A stretch of 64,000 bases of DNA, from IMG/VR virus record IMGVR_UViG_3300032294_002797, positions 62,001 to 126,000 of that record. One strand, 5' to 3'. Shown one piece after another: positions 50,945-60,283 of the stretch. The position numbers were made by a program, and so were the translations under genes. The notes below the pieces were generated by a model. That model made no database searches, was not told the DNA's origin, and saw only the letters and a program-made list of their open reading frames with translations. Each line of letters begins with the position of its first letter. The first letter of the stretch is position 1.

Positions 50945-51439
50945 ATGTTTTTTTGTGAGTTCGAATATATAGATCAGGTATTTAATAATAAAAAAGTATA
51001 TAAGTGTAAATATTGTGGTATGACTTTAGCCTTAGAAGATCCAGAGGCTAATATCATATGTTTTAAACGACATAATGAAATCTTCGATAAAATAGATAAT
51101 CAAAATAGACCAGCAGACCAACAAATTAATAGTCAATTTTTGGATAGCGGAGATGAATTAGCATTACAAGAATTTTTAGCCAAGGATATAAATAAAAAAA
51201 TATCTGAGACCACATCCGAGGATCCTGTTCTAATGCCAGTTGAAGATCATCCTAGTAATTTATGTTCTAAGGAAGATATAGATCAAAGACTAGCTATCTG
51301 TCAAGCTTGCGAGCATTATCAAAATGACGCTTGTATGCTATGCGGCTGTACTATTGTGAGAGAAATGAATTTCAATAATAAATTAGCGCATAAAAATGGC
51401 AGTTGCCCTGTTGGCAAGTGGGGTCCTATTCAGAATTAA
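50945..51439 (+). CDS. Small CxxC (probable Zn-binding) protein
   Basis: CKYC..C; RLAICQACEHY..CMLCGC..KLAHKNGSCPVGKW; AAGGA RBS. Confidence 0.7.
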   Translation: MFFCEFEYIDQVFNNKKVYKCKYCGMTLALEDPEANIICFKRHNEIFDKIDNQNRPADQQINSQFLDSGDELALQEFLAKDINKKISETTSEDPVLMPVEDHPSNLCSKEDIDQRLAICQACEHYQNDACMLCGCTIVREMNFNNKLAHKNGSCPVGKWGPIQN

Positions 51440-52379
51440 AGCGATGTACCAGTTGAGGAGAACTGTATAACACAGCTACTATGTTATATGTCATTGTTTG
51501 ATCTCTATTTTTTATACGCACAATAACGGGCACTTTATTATTGCCTGTCCATGTTCTATAGAAGTGAACATAAACTGAAAATGATCCTCTGGGAGATGAT
51601 CCATGTGGCCAGAAAATATTCTCAACAGGATGAGGTTGTAGGAATCCCGAATTGGCGTTCATGTCTATATCTAGCATACCAGTAGATATCTGTCCTATTC
51701 TATTCATCCAATTTATAGTATCGACAAGACCATTACCCGCAGTAAAGCATACATGTAGATCTATATCGTCTGCGGTATTCCATGCCATAGATATTTGAAC
51801 ATCTCCTTCTTTTGCCCCAGCAGCTTTAAGTCTACCAGATATTCCTAGATTTTCACCTAATGCCTGGGACGAGGTCTGGTTAGCAACAATTCCTCCGGAT
51901 ATAGATGATATGATTTCGTTGATGGTATTATCAGTACTATGATTATTTACTATGTCTATATTATTAGGCGCAATTATCTGTGACACATCTTCTATATCAA
52001 TTTCTTGTAACAGAGTAGCCTGTTTGGATAGTTCTGATGTTTCTTCCAAAGAAACTTCTAACGAAACGTCTGTCTCGTCTAAATCAGGAATAGTCTCTGA
52101 CTGTTGCTGCCTATCAGAGACAACTTCTGCAGAACTAATCTCTAGTGCTTCTAGGCCCTGAGATTCATCTTCGTTGATTTCGACCGTAGAAATCTCGTCA
52201 AAACGAAGAGTTAAAGTTATATGCTTAGATGGAGCAGGAATAGAAAATGAGGCGATACATAAAAGTACAATAATATGTATGACCAAACTTACTAAAAAAG
52301 ATTTACAGTCGTTATCGAACTCTAAATCTATGATTGCTTCTTTTTGTCTGTTGCGTCGGAAGGATTCCATTTGTGCCAA
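51426..52379 (-). CDS. Membrane-anchored YfaP/DUF2135-like protein
   Basis: TM segment SFLVSLVIHIIVLLCIASFSI; acidic linker; GDVQISMAWNTADDIDLHV..LDIDMN..PVENIFWP..GSFSVYVHFY. Confidence 0.65.
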   Translation of the reverse strand: MAQMESFRRNRQKEAIIDLEFDNDCKSFLVSLVIHIIVLLCIASFSIPAPSKHITLTLRFDEISTVEINEDESQGLEALEISSAEVVSDRQQQSETIPDLDETDVSLEVSLEETSELSKQATLLQEIDIEDVSQIIAPNNIDIVNNHSTDNTINEIISSISGGIVANQTSSQALGENLGISGRLKAAGAKEGDVQISMAWNTADDIDLHVCFTAGNGLVDTINWMNRIGQISTGMLDIDMNANSGFLQPHPVENIFWPHGSSPRGSFSVYVHFYRTWTGNNKVPVIVRIKNRDQTMTYNIVAVLYSSPQLVHRFNSE

Positions 52380-52672
52380 CCCCCATTAGGTAACCAATTA
52401 TTATTATCATCTTTCCTTTTTGGAAACAAAGTACCACCTTTTTTGTGTTGACCAAATGCTAAAATAGCTCCACAATCAGAGCATCGTAATTCGTAGTAGT
52501 CATTACCATCTACATTACGTACCACAAATCGTAGATTAGCACTACCACATAGGCCACATTTTTCTTCGGCAAAAATTTCTTGAATTGTGGCTAATTCTTT
52601 AAATATCTCTTTTTGACCAGCTCCTTCTAGCTCAAATTCTAACTTATCCCCCACTTTGTATTTTACTTTCAT
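52328..52672 (-). CDS. Zn-ribbon protein
   Basis: CGLC..CSDC; likely start MKVKYK at 52672. Confidence 0.7.
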   Translation of the reverse strand: MKVKYKVGDKLEFELEGAGQKEIFKELATIQEIFAEEKCGLCGSANLRFVVRNVDGNDYYELRCSDCGAILAFGQHKKGGTLFPKRKDDNNNWLPNGGWHKWNPSDATDKKKQS

Positions 52673-52673
52673 A

Positions 52674-53387
52674 TTATTTCCAGTTACTGTTATAACCAGC
52701 AATCTTACTCGGTATAGAAGCTAAATTTTGTTGATACTGGTTTAAAGCTCTAATAGATGATACGGCATCATCATGACTCATATTATATATTGTGTCATAC
52801 GATATGTCAAGAGAAGAAAATAAGCCTACTACATCAATATTGAGCCTCTTAGCTAATACATCAATAAAATTGATTTGATTGATACTAATCTTTGAAGCGG
52901 TTAATCCATCTACATTATCTTCTATATTCTCGGCTATTTCTTCTGCCGCAACCACTTTTCGTAGCTTTAAGGCCCTTCTTAGGGCTCGTCCCTCTGCTCT
53001 GGTTTCGGCTACGGCCACCGGATGATTTCTAAAGATCTTGTCACAATTACCCCAGTAAACGTCCGCAGAGCCGCTGACAGACCTGTATTTAAAGTCTTCC
53101 TGTGTCTTTGGAAGATTTTTTATAACGTACGCTATGGTGTGTACGACAGTGGCTCTTTTTTCATTAGATGGGTCAGGAGTTTGAACCACATCACTTTCAG
53201 CACTAATTACCACACAATCCAAAGCTATTTCAAAAATTCGACGCAAACCATCTGTTGTCGGATTACCGTTAATTTTTTCATCATCGGACAATAATCCGAG
53301 AACATAGTCTGTCCATCCGGGATCATTGGATGATACAGTTGTCTGCTTTTCTGTTTCGGTGTCCTGAGAGCTGGTAACTTTGGCCAT
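52674..53387 (-). CDS. Putative single-strand annealing protein (Rad52/ERF/Sak-like)
   Basis: RATVVHTI..SGSADV..HPVAVAETRAEGRALRRAL; replication-module context. Confidence 0.6.
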   Translation of the reverse strand: MAKVTSSQDTETEKQTTVSSNDPGWTDYVLGLLSDDEKINGNPTTDGLRRIFEIALDCVVISAESDVVQTPDPSNEKRATVVHTIAYVIKNLPKTQEDFKYRSVSGSADVYWGNCDKIFRNHPVAVAETRAEGRALRRALKLRKVVAAEEIAENIEDNVDGLTASKISINQINFIDVLAKRLNIDVVGLFSSLDISYDTIYNMSHDDAVSSIRALNQYQQNLASIPSKIAGYNSNWK

Positions 53388-53389
53388 AT

Positions 53390-54175
53390 TTAATCCTCTA
53401 TAGTTATAATTTTTGTATTATCAAAACTAGTTTTATCTTTAATAATTTGTTGTAGCTTTTCGTATAATAGATTTGCTCTGGTTTTTGAGAAATCATGGGT
53501 TTGTCTGAGCCTGATCAACTTCAGCCCTTTTCCTATAATAAGGCCCGATTTTTTCTTATCAGATTTTTTATTTTTTTGCAAAGAATCATCGCCCCAAACT
53601 GGCTCAAAATGAGAAGGACCATCAACCTCGATTGCTATACTCATAGTAGGTAGATACAGGTCAATCTGCAACTTTGTATTTGATAAGTTTTGTTCTTTAT
53701 GAAATTCTACTTTGTATCCGTCTTGAGTAAGATTTTCTAATAGGAAGTGTTCTAATTTTGATCCTACTTTGCTTGTTTTTCGAACTGCTATATTTGCAGC
53801 TTTGAGCCTGGCTTCTTTTTCATCATCGCTTAGATTTTCCCATAATTGCTTAGATACAATTTTTCTTTTTTGTTTTTCTTTTTCCGATAGATTCTCCCAA
53901 TTTTCCATTACTCCTTTGCCGATTTTTGTTTTTGTGTCATTTGGTCTTTGTTTACCTTTTGTAGGATGACTATGCTTGCCTGTTGTCAAAGCATTTTTTT
54001 GGGCTGAACTCTTATCTCTAATAGGTATATTAAATTTTTTAGCATCTCTTCTTATTCTATTGGCATATGTGCCTAATTCATTGGCTATATCATAAAAGCT
54101 CATACGCTTAACAACATACATCTCGTGTATAATACTTGCCTTCTCTTTGTCGTTATTATAGTTGTCGTATAACAT
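53390..54175 (-). CDS. HTH + Vsr/DUF559-like endonuclease (homing-endonuclease-like)
   Basis: N-terminal HTH (SFYDIANELGTYANRIRR); basic segment KGKQRPNDTKTKIG; IDLYLP..IAIEVDGPSH. Confidence 0.7.
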   Translation of the reverse strand: MLYDNYNNDKEKASIIHEMYVVKRMSFYDIANELGTYANRIRRDAKKFNIPIRDKSSAQKNALTTGKHSHPTKGKQRPNDTKTKIGKGVMENWENLSEKEKQKRKIVSKQLWENLSDDEKEARLKAANIAVRKTSKVGSKLEHFLLENLTQDGYKVEFHKEQNLSNTKLQIDLYLPTMSIAIEVDGPSHFEPVWGDDSLQKNKKSDKKKSGLIIGKGLKLIRLRQTHDFSKTRANLLYEKLQQIIKDKTSFDNTKIITIED

Positions 54176-54623
54176 TGTCTATATTTTCTGCAGTAAGGTT
54201 AAATGATTTATTAAATGGTTTTTTCCAGCATGTATCAACCAAGTCATATAAATATTCAGAATCAACCAGTAATTCGAATTTGTGATCCATATACACAGAA
54301 TACCATACGCTAAACGGAATATTAGTATTCTCTGCCCATGTTGGTTTGTCCATGCAAATAAACTGTTTATCCGGCCCTGGAAAAGTTTTGGTTAACAACG
54401 CATGTTCTGTATCAAATAAAAATAAAAGTCCTCTAAAATATTTTGCATGATTAATTGGTAATAGGTAATATTTTTGATTACTATCTATAGTATTAAAATT
54501 GTTATTAAATAACACGATATTATCATATGGTCTTAGTGAGCACAAATTATTGATAGTTTTTAATATTTCTTGATGCCGAATATTATTTTGCTCAATATCG
54601 AGTAAATAAAATGCAATATTCAT
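54156..54623 (-). CDS. Hypothetical protein (glycosylation cluster)
   Basis: Intact 155-aa ORF in a translationally coupled run. Confidence 0.6.
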   Translation of the reverse strand: MNIAFYLLDIEQNNIRHQEILKTINNLCSLRPYDNIVLFNNNFNTIDSNQKYYLLPINHAKYFRGLLFLFDTEHALLTKTFPGPDKQFICMDKPTWAENTNIPFSVWYSVYMDHKFELLVDSEYLYDLVDTCWKKPFNKSFNLTAENIDNVIRQL

Positions 54624-55399
54624 AGGGATGAGCCTTCTAAAAATGGAACCATTTGATTTTTGACAAACGTCTCACAGTCTGTCATATTATCTATAACAGG
54701 AATAAATTTCATTTGATCTATGCTGTCTTGAATAGAGAACGAGATATCAACTGTAGGCATACTACAAATTTGTGCCTCGATTAAGAATTCTTTATCTAGA
54801 TCAACCAAATAACTGTACTTATTGAGTATGAAATTCAGATCTATTTCATTACACACCCCAATATTTTGATCGTGTTTAAAATTAGGATTGTTTAATAATA
54901 CTATAGGATATTTATTTTTATTGGGTAATAACTGACCAGCCAAATACCTATGATTTTTATCATCGTCACTAGACAGCAATACCACTACTTTATTATTTCT
55001 GGATTCTATTGGATCTAACTTAGAATAAATATGATTATCATAAATATGCTGATGTATTATAGATTTATCTGGTGTAAAATTGTAGCTAAAATTATTAGAT
55101 GAAATATATTTTGTCGTCGTATTCTTTGTTAAAAAATCTAATAGCTCTTTTTGTTCTACCTCTCTGTCTATATAGAGTACAAAGGACACGTTTTTATGAT
55201 CCCGATCTGTAATATAATTATGTGCTTCTTGGGTATATTCACTTATAGGATATATAACAATATTTGCTTTTGTCGTATATATAGTATCATATAAATGATC
55301 ATGCATCTGAGCTACTAGGCAATCTGTTTGTTTTTTGAGATGGCGAATAATAGATCTATACAATCTAGATCCCCCCATATGTGCTATAATTTTAGTCAT
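54620..55399 (-). CDS. Hypothetical, possibly degenerate GT-B protein
   Basis: 259 aa; C-terminal YSYLVDLDKEFLIEAQICSMPTV resembles a GT-B nucleotide-sugar-binding segment. Confidence 0.45.
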   Translation of the reverse strand: MTKIIAHMGGSRLYRSIIRHLKKQTDCLVAQMHDHLYDTIYTTKANIVIYPISEYTQEAHNYITDRDHKNVSFVLYIDREVEQKELLDFLTKNTTTKYISSNNFSYNFTPDKSIIHQHIYDNHIYSKLDPIESRNNKVVVLLSSDDDKNHRYLAGQLLPNKNKYPIVLLNNPNFKHDQNIGVCNEIDLNFILNKYSYLVDLDKEFLIEAQICSMPTVDISFSIQDSIDQMKFIPVIDNMTDCETFVKNQMVPFLEGSSL

Positions 55400-55400
55400 A

Positions 55401-56087
55401 TTATTTTAATTTAGCCTTATCCTTTATACCGTTAATGGTGATGATATCTTTATGATCGCAATGAATAATGTCAAATGATATATTTTGTTTTTCTATAGCG
55501 GTGTTTATAATTTCAAAATCAAACATATTATCGTAATATAAATCTTTATTATTATAAATTGTTCTTAGATCCTGTGAAGTCAAAAAAAATATTCCTGTCC
55601 ATTCATTATCTCCAATATCATAAAATAGATATTCCAAACAATTGTTGCCTCTGCAACCAGTATATGATTTGTTTTTTTTGTGTCGTACCTTTTGTGTCAT
55701 AATCCAAGATGTATTAGTAGGATATTTTGGTAAATTTTTTATTAACAAATTATTATTTACAAACAATACCCCGTCAATATTGTCTATATCTTTTATTATA
55801 CTATCTAATGTTATTTTAAATGCATATCCATTAGCAAAAATATCATACTTATTGTTAGATAAATAATCGCACCGGATACTATTCTCTATAAATCTTTTTT
55901 TAATTTTATCTTCATCAAATCCCAAAACAACATATAAATTTCTATGCTTAGTTTTATGCTGTAAAGCACCTATCAGCTGTAATATGAGTTCTTTGCCGTT
56001 ATTGTGTTTTAGTAGGCTCAAAGAACCGTAAGATTTCATTCCTTTAGTAATTTGATATGAAAAAATACAATAAGATATTTGTTTCAT
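55401..56087 (-). CDS. Nucleotidyltransferase/GT-A-like protein
   Basis: KGMKSYGSLSLLKHNNGKELILQLI..LYVVLGFD..GVLFVNNNL pattern. Confidence 0.55.
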   Translation of the reverse strand: MKQISYCIFSYQITKGMKSYGSLSLLKHNNGKELILQLIGALQHKTKHRNLYVVLGFDEDKIKKRFIENSIRCDYLSNNKYDIFANGYAFKITLDSIIKDIDNIDGVLFVNNNLLIKNLPKYPTNTSWIMTQKVRHKKNKSYTGCRGNNCLEYLFYDIGDNEWTGIFFLTSQDLRTIYNNKDLYYDNMFDFEIINTAIEKQNISFDIIHCDHKDIITINGIKDKAKLK

Positions 56088-56497
56088 ATTTTTTTAGTAA
56101 TTGTAATAACAGAATAAATATTATCTATATAGGTCTTTTTTACTATAATATTTGGAATACTATTAAAAATTTCTAGAATATAGTATTCTGTCCATATCGA
56201 AACTATATTAGATATGATTGATGAGACCTTGATACAATCTAATTCGTTTTTTATAATCCGTTCCGCTAATACAGTGGCATTTAAAAACTTAAATATGGCT
56301 TCTCCGTCAAAAGCCAGTTTATTTGTTATTTGTTGCAATGCCATATTTCTAGCTTGTATTGGTATTCTATCGAGACATTCACATAGAATATTTTTTGTGG
56401 AACCATTAACTACAGAAGATAGTCCTGTATTAATATCTATATTCGTATATCCTGAAATAGTTTCGCTGTCGCCCATAGTAAAATTAATAGCATTCAT
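56084..56497 (-). CDS. Degenerate methyltransferase-like protein
   Basis: INFTMGDSETISGYTNIDI..CLDRIP..ITNKLAFDG resembles a minimal Rossmann methyltransferase. Confidence 0.4.
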   Translation of the reverse strand: MNAINFTMGDSETISGYTNIDINTGLSSVVNGSTKNILCECLDRIPIQARNMALQQITNKLAFDGEAIFKFLNATVLAERIIKNELDCIKVSSIISNIVSIWTEYYILEIFNSIPNIIVKKTYIDNIYSVITITKKI

Positions 56498-57387
56498 TAT
56501 TTGATATATACCTCTCTTTTAACATTACATACAATTTCATTGATTGATTTAGCAAATTTACTATAATTATGATTTATAGCTAAGTATTCATTAATATTCG
56601 TAGTATTCAGAGTTGTATCGGATGCAGTGTTGATAATAGTAATTATTTCTTCCGGAGTATTCACATGATATATATAAGATGTAAAAGCTGGATTTTGTTT
56701 CAGTGTTATCGGTATACATCCAGCAGATAATGCATACAATAAATTGTATCTATAGTTACTAGAAATATCTATACAAAATTTGTAGTTTTTAACAATATCA
56801 ATGTCGTTTATCTCTATCAGATCACAAGCTAATCCAGCGGTGGATGACACAATATGATGAATTTGTTGCGCTATGATACTACTATTTATAATAGCTATAT
56901 TTTTTGTTTTTATGTATGGTTGGTCTGTCTGCACTAGGGGCATTCCTATATCTATCACAAAAGATTTATCTGGCCTACCTAATGCATCATAGGAGTGCTC
57001 TGATAGGAAAATTTTTGTAATATCTTTAGTTTTTTCGTTTATTAGATACCTGTCTTCTTTCTTGTATTCATATACCTTATCTATAAATACCACAGATGGA
57101 ATATGATATATAAACGGGACATAACTTGTATTAATATATTTCTCTAATGAAAAATTCATGAATAAGCTATAATTATACATAGTGGCGCATCTAGCAGGAA
57201 TCTGAAAAAGACGATCATATAATTTTAATTTTGCGGCATCTTCTACAACATAGAATTGATCTTCAACAGAAGACATTAGGATATTATCTAAAATACTATT
57301 ATGTGGCTCATATAGGATACGACAAGACTTTGATTGTGCATCAAGGGTGTTGACAATAAGATTTTCTGCTATATAGCTTAGATGCAT
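56497..57387 (-). CDS. Glycosyltransferase-like protein (degenerate)
   Basis: YKFCIDISSNYRYNLLYALSAGCIPITL resembles a GT-B C-terminal motif. Confidence 0.5.
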   Translation of the reverse strand: MHLSYIAENLIVNTLDAQSKSCRILYEPHNSILDNILMSSVEDQFYVVEDAAKLKLYDRLFQIPARCATMYNYSLFMNFSLEKYINTSYVPFIYHIPSVVFIDKVYEYKKEDRYLINEKTKDITKIFLSEHSYDALGRPDKSFVIDIGMPLVQTDQPYIKTKNIAIINSSIIAQQIHHIVSSTAGLACDLIEINDIDIVKNYKFCIDISSNYRYNLLYALSAGCIPITLKQNPAFTSYIYHVNTPEEIITIINTASDTTLNTTNINEYLAINHNYSKFAKSINEIVCNVKREVYIK

Positions 57388-58511
57388 AATTTTTTACCTA
57401 TCTTAGCGTACGAATAATTATGAAGTACTTGTTCTGCGTTTAAACTTTTATTTGTATAATTCTTATGATTATTTTTATACATATCGAAAGCTTTTTTCAT
57501 TGTTTCTACTAAACTATAAATTTTTGGAGTATACCAAAATCTGTCAGCAGAAAAAATTTCATATTCTGATGGCAATGGTTTTTTAGTCATGATGACTGGT
57601 ACTTTCTCGGATTTGATCACAAATCCTGATGTATTATCTACGAAATCACAGAGACCGGTATTATCCATCACTATAGGAGTTTTACCAAGCGATCTTGCAA
57701 TTAATGTTTGTTTACAAAAATTATTACCAGATGCTATACTGATAAAACAATCCGCAGCGTTATGCAATCCTATCATATTTTTTTCATCAAAATATTCTGT
57801 AATAATTAGCTCATTTTTATAGGTTTTATTGATTTCTAATTGCTCTTTAATTTTGGATATATCATTTTGTATGCGATTTCTAAGATCTGATGGGCCTTTA
57901 TCTGTATTAGATGTTTTAATAATTAGGCTGACCCTATCTGTTTCTGTAAAAGCTATATTAAAAGCCCTAATGATAATATCTAGGTGAGGCCTATCAGAAT
58001 AATCCGCATAACAATAAAATTTAAATGTATGATCTATACAAGACGGTAATTGTATTTTATTTGTACTATTTGCTATTATAAAATCCACATCTACAGGTCT
58101 AGGTACTACATATACTGAAGTAGTAACTCCGGATTGTTCCAGCCATTTTTTTTCATATGTTGTGGTGACAAAAATACCATCTAGTTTATTTAAGATAATA
58201 ACAGCTCTTGTATTTATCCATCCTCCTGTCTCTACATTAATAATACCATAATTTCTAGGAGACGATCCTTTATTTGATGTATATAAAGAATGAGGCAATA
58301 ATTTCTGTATAATTATATCATATTCATTATATGCTGTATTTTCGCACTCTAATATATTTGGAGATATACTAGTATTGACATTATTAATATAATAATAAGG
58401 TCTAGTTGTTAATTTAATATCAGGATTACTAAGTAGTGCTCGTATATAATCTATCGATGCAAAGCCCCAGTCATCATTTTGCCGATATGGGCCTATAAAT
58501 AGTGCATTCAT
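57378..58511 (-). CDS. GT4-like glycosyltransferase
   Basis: VYVVPRPVD, VSLIIKT, GLHNAADCFISIASG..LGKTPIVMDNTGLCDFV; EX7E glutamates missing. Confidence 0.7.
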   Translation of the reverse strand: MNALFIGPYRQNDDWGFASIDYIRALLSNPDIKLTTRPYYYINNVNTSISPNILECENTAYNEYDIIIQKLLPHSLYTSNKGSSPRNYGIINVETGGWINTRAVIILNKLDGIFVTTTYEKKWLEQSGVTTSVYVVPRPVDVDFIIANSTNKIQLPSCIDHTFKFYCYADYSDRPHLDIIIRAFNIAFTETDRVSLIIKTSNTDKGPSDLRNRIQNDISKIKEQLEINKTYKNELIITEYFDEKNMIGLHNAADCFISIASGNNFCKQTLIARSLGKTPIVMDNTGLCDFVDNTSGFVIKSEKVPVIMTKKPLPSEYEIFSADRFWYTPKIYSLVETMKKAFDMYKNNHKNYTNKSLNAEQVLHNYSYAKIGKKLCI

Positions 58512-60187
58512 TTCACAGAGTCCTTCATTATGGCATAGTCTATAAAATCTTCTCGTCCCAACCTATCTTTGTTAGCTAGTGCTTCCATAGCCATATTATG
58601 ATTAGATATAAGATTATTTATTGTAGATACTGATTGATCAATATTATAGGGTTGGGTTTGAAGTCCATTTATAATAAAGCCGTATGTTAAGTCACTGATC
58701 ATATTTAATAAGATCATAGAAGAGGTGATTTGGTGGTTCGATAGTTTTTGAGATACTATTTTCATAATGGCATTGTGTGGGGTGTCATTGGACACAATAT
58801 CTTTCGATTCTATATTAGGAATTTTAGGTAATACTATATCCCATTTTCCTTGTAGTCCTGTTAGGTTCAAATTATCTAAGTATTTTTCCCATTTTTTAGC
58901 AATAATATCCCAACAATAATATTTTTCTGTAAGTTTTCTGGTTTCGAAACGCTTTTGTTCTCTGATAAGACTGGGCATATTAATGTGTTCATATAATATA
59001 TTGATCAAAGATTGATTATCAGGATATACTCTTACGGCCTTGGTTTCTAGTTCTTTAAAATATTGATTCACTTTTACAGGATATGCCTTTAACTTTTGTA
59101 TAACGTCGTTCATTGCGCTATAGTCTACTGATGCTATCGGAACTCCCGCTGCTCCTGCTTCAACCTGGGGCATTCCGAATCCTTCACAAATAGCATATTG
59201 TACATAAATATCAAATATATTATATATAGTATTTAGATCTTGCTGAGATATGCCATTACTAACATTAGGCATGGAAAAAGCTTTTTGTCCACACCTAGGA
59301 CAATGTGCAGATGGGTGCTGATATAGAGATGGCTTGTAAAAGCCACAATTTTTACAGGAATAGGTGAATAGCACCCTATTTCCTATTGCATATTCTTTTA
59401 ATAAGCGAGGAAGGTCCCATCCAGCATCAGGGTAACTGGTATGCAGATATAAATATACTTTTTCAGCTGCCGGGTTGTTATCTGTTTTGAGTTTGTCTAT
59501 AAAGTTTCTAACAGCTGAAAATAATTCTGGTATCAATTTTCTCTTTTGATTTCTCATCACCGAACCGATAATGAAAGCATCCGGATCGAGACCAAACGCT
59601 TGTTTTAATTGGCTTCTTTGATTGTCCGAATAATATTGAAATACGTCTAGATTGACACCCGGAGATGTGGTGTCTACATATTTTATGGCTCCATTACTCT
59701 GTTCCTTTAGAGTATCTCTGCCGAAATCTGAGTACGTAAATACCGCATCTGCATGACAGAACGTATCTATCCAATCATCTTGTTGTGGAGCGGAGTCTAC
59801 GGTTGGCATTAAGATCCAGTGAAAATAAGGTCTATATGGAGTAAATTGCTGATAAGAATTCATCCAATAGTCTCTTACATCTACGACCACATCCGGCTGA
59901 AAATCTAACAAAACGCGTTCAAATCTCCATCTTCCGAATTGATTCTCCATAGAGCTATTATATTCTTGGCTTCTTGGATCTCCACCGTCTACAGCATTGG
60001 CATAATACTTCCATTTGATTTCCGAATCTTTGGGATCATTGACTTTTCCATAGCAGGCAAATTCTGCAATTTCATATTTTTGAGAGGCATGTAGACGAGA
60101 TAATATTTCTTTGGCATATGTACCAAAACCAGAACTAAGAAAGCTAGCCTCTGATACCATCAGAACTTTGAGTTTTTTATTTGACAT
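58508..60187 (-). CDS. GT4 glycosyltransferase with Zn-ribbon insert
   Basis: SGFGTYAKE, FIIGSVMRNQKRK, EGFGMPQVE (EX7E), GVPIASVDYSAM; CKNC-x14-CPRC. Confidence 0.85.
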   Translation of the reverse strand: MSNKKLKVLMVSEASFLSSGFGTYAKEILSRLHASQKYEIAEFACYGKVNDPKDSEIKWKYYANAVDGGDPRSQEYNSSMENQFGRWRFERVLLDFQPDVVVDVRDYWMNSYQQFTPYRPYFHWILMPTVDSAPQQDDWIDTFCHADAVFTYSDFGRDTLKEQSNGAIKYVDTTSPGVNLDVFQYYSDNQRSQLKQAFGLDPDAFIIGSVMRNQKRKLIPELFSAVRNFIDKLKTDNNPAAEKVYLYLHTSYPDAGWDLPRLLKEYAIGNRVLFTYSCKNCGFYKPSLYQHPSAHCPRCGQKAFSMPNVSNGISQQDLNTIYNIFDIYVQYAICEGFGMPQVEAGAAGVPIASVDYSAMNDVIQKLKAYPVKVNQYFKELETKAVRVYPDNQSLINILYEHINMPSLIREQKRFETRKLTEKYYCWDIIAKKWEKYLDNLNLTGLQGKWDIVLPKIPNIESKDIVSNDTPHNAIMKIVSQKLSNHQITSSMILLNMISDLTYGFIINGLQTQPYNIDQSVSTINNLISNHNMAMEALANKDRLGREDFIDYAIMKDSVK

Positions 60188-60221
60188 TTATATCTTATCT
60201 AGTAAAATAGAGTAATAAGGT

Positions 60222-60257
60222 AATGCATAAGATTCTCCGAAGAGAATCTTATACATT
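60222..60257 (-). other. 16-bp hairpin with cUUCGg tetraloop downstream of ssb
   Basis: Minus strand aatgtataagattctc-ttcg-gagaatcttatgcatt; one G-U pair; no U-tract. Confidence 0.8.
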
Positions 60258-60283
60258 CCTAAGGTTAGCCACCGAAATCTTAC

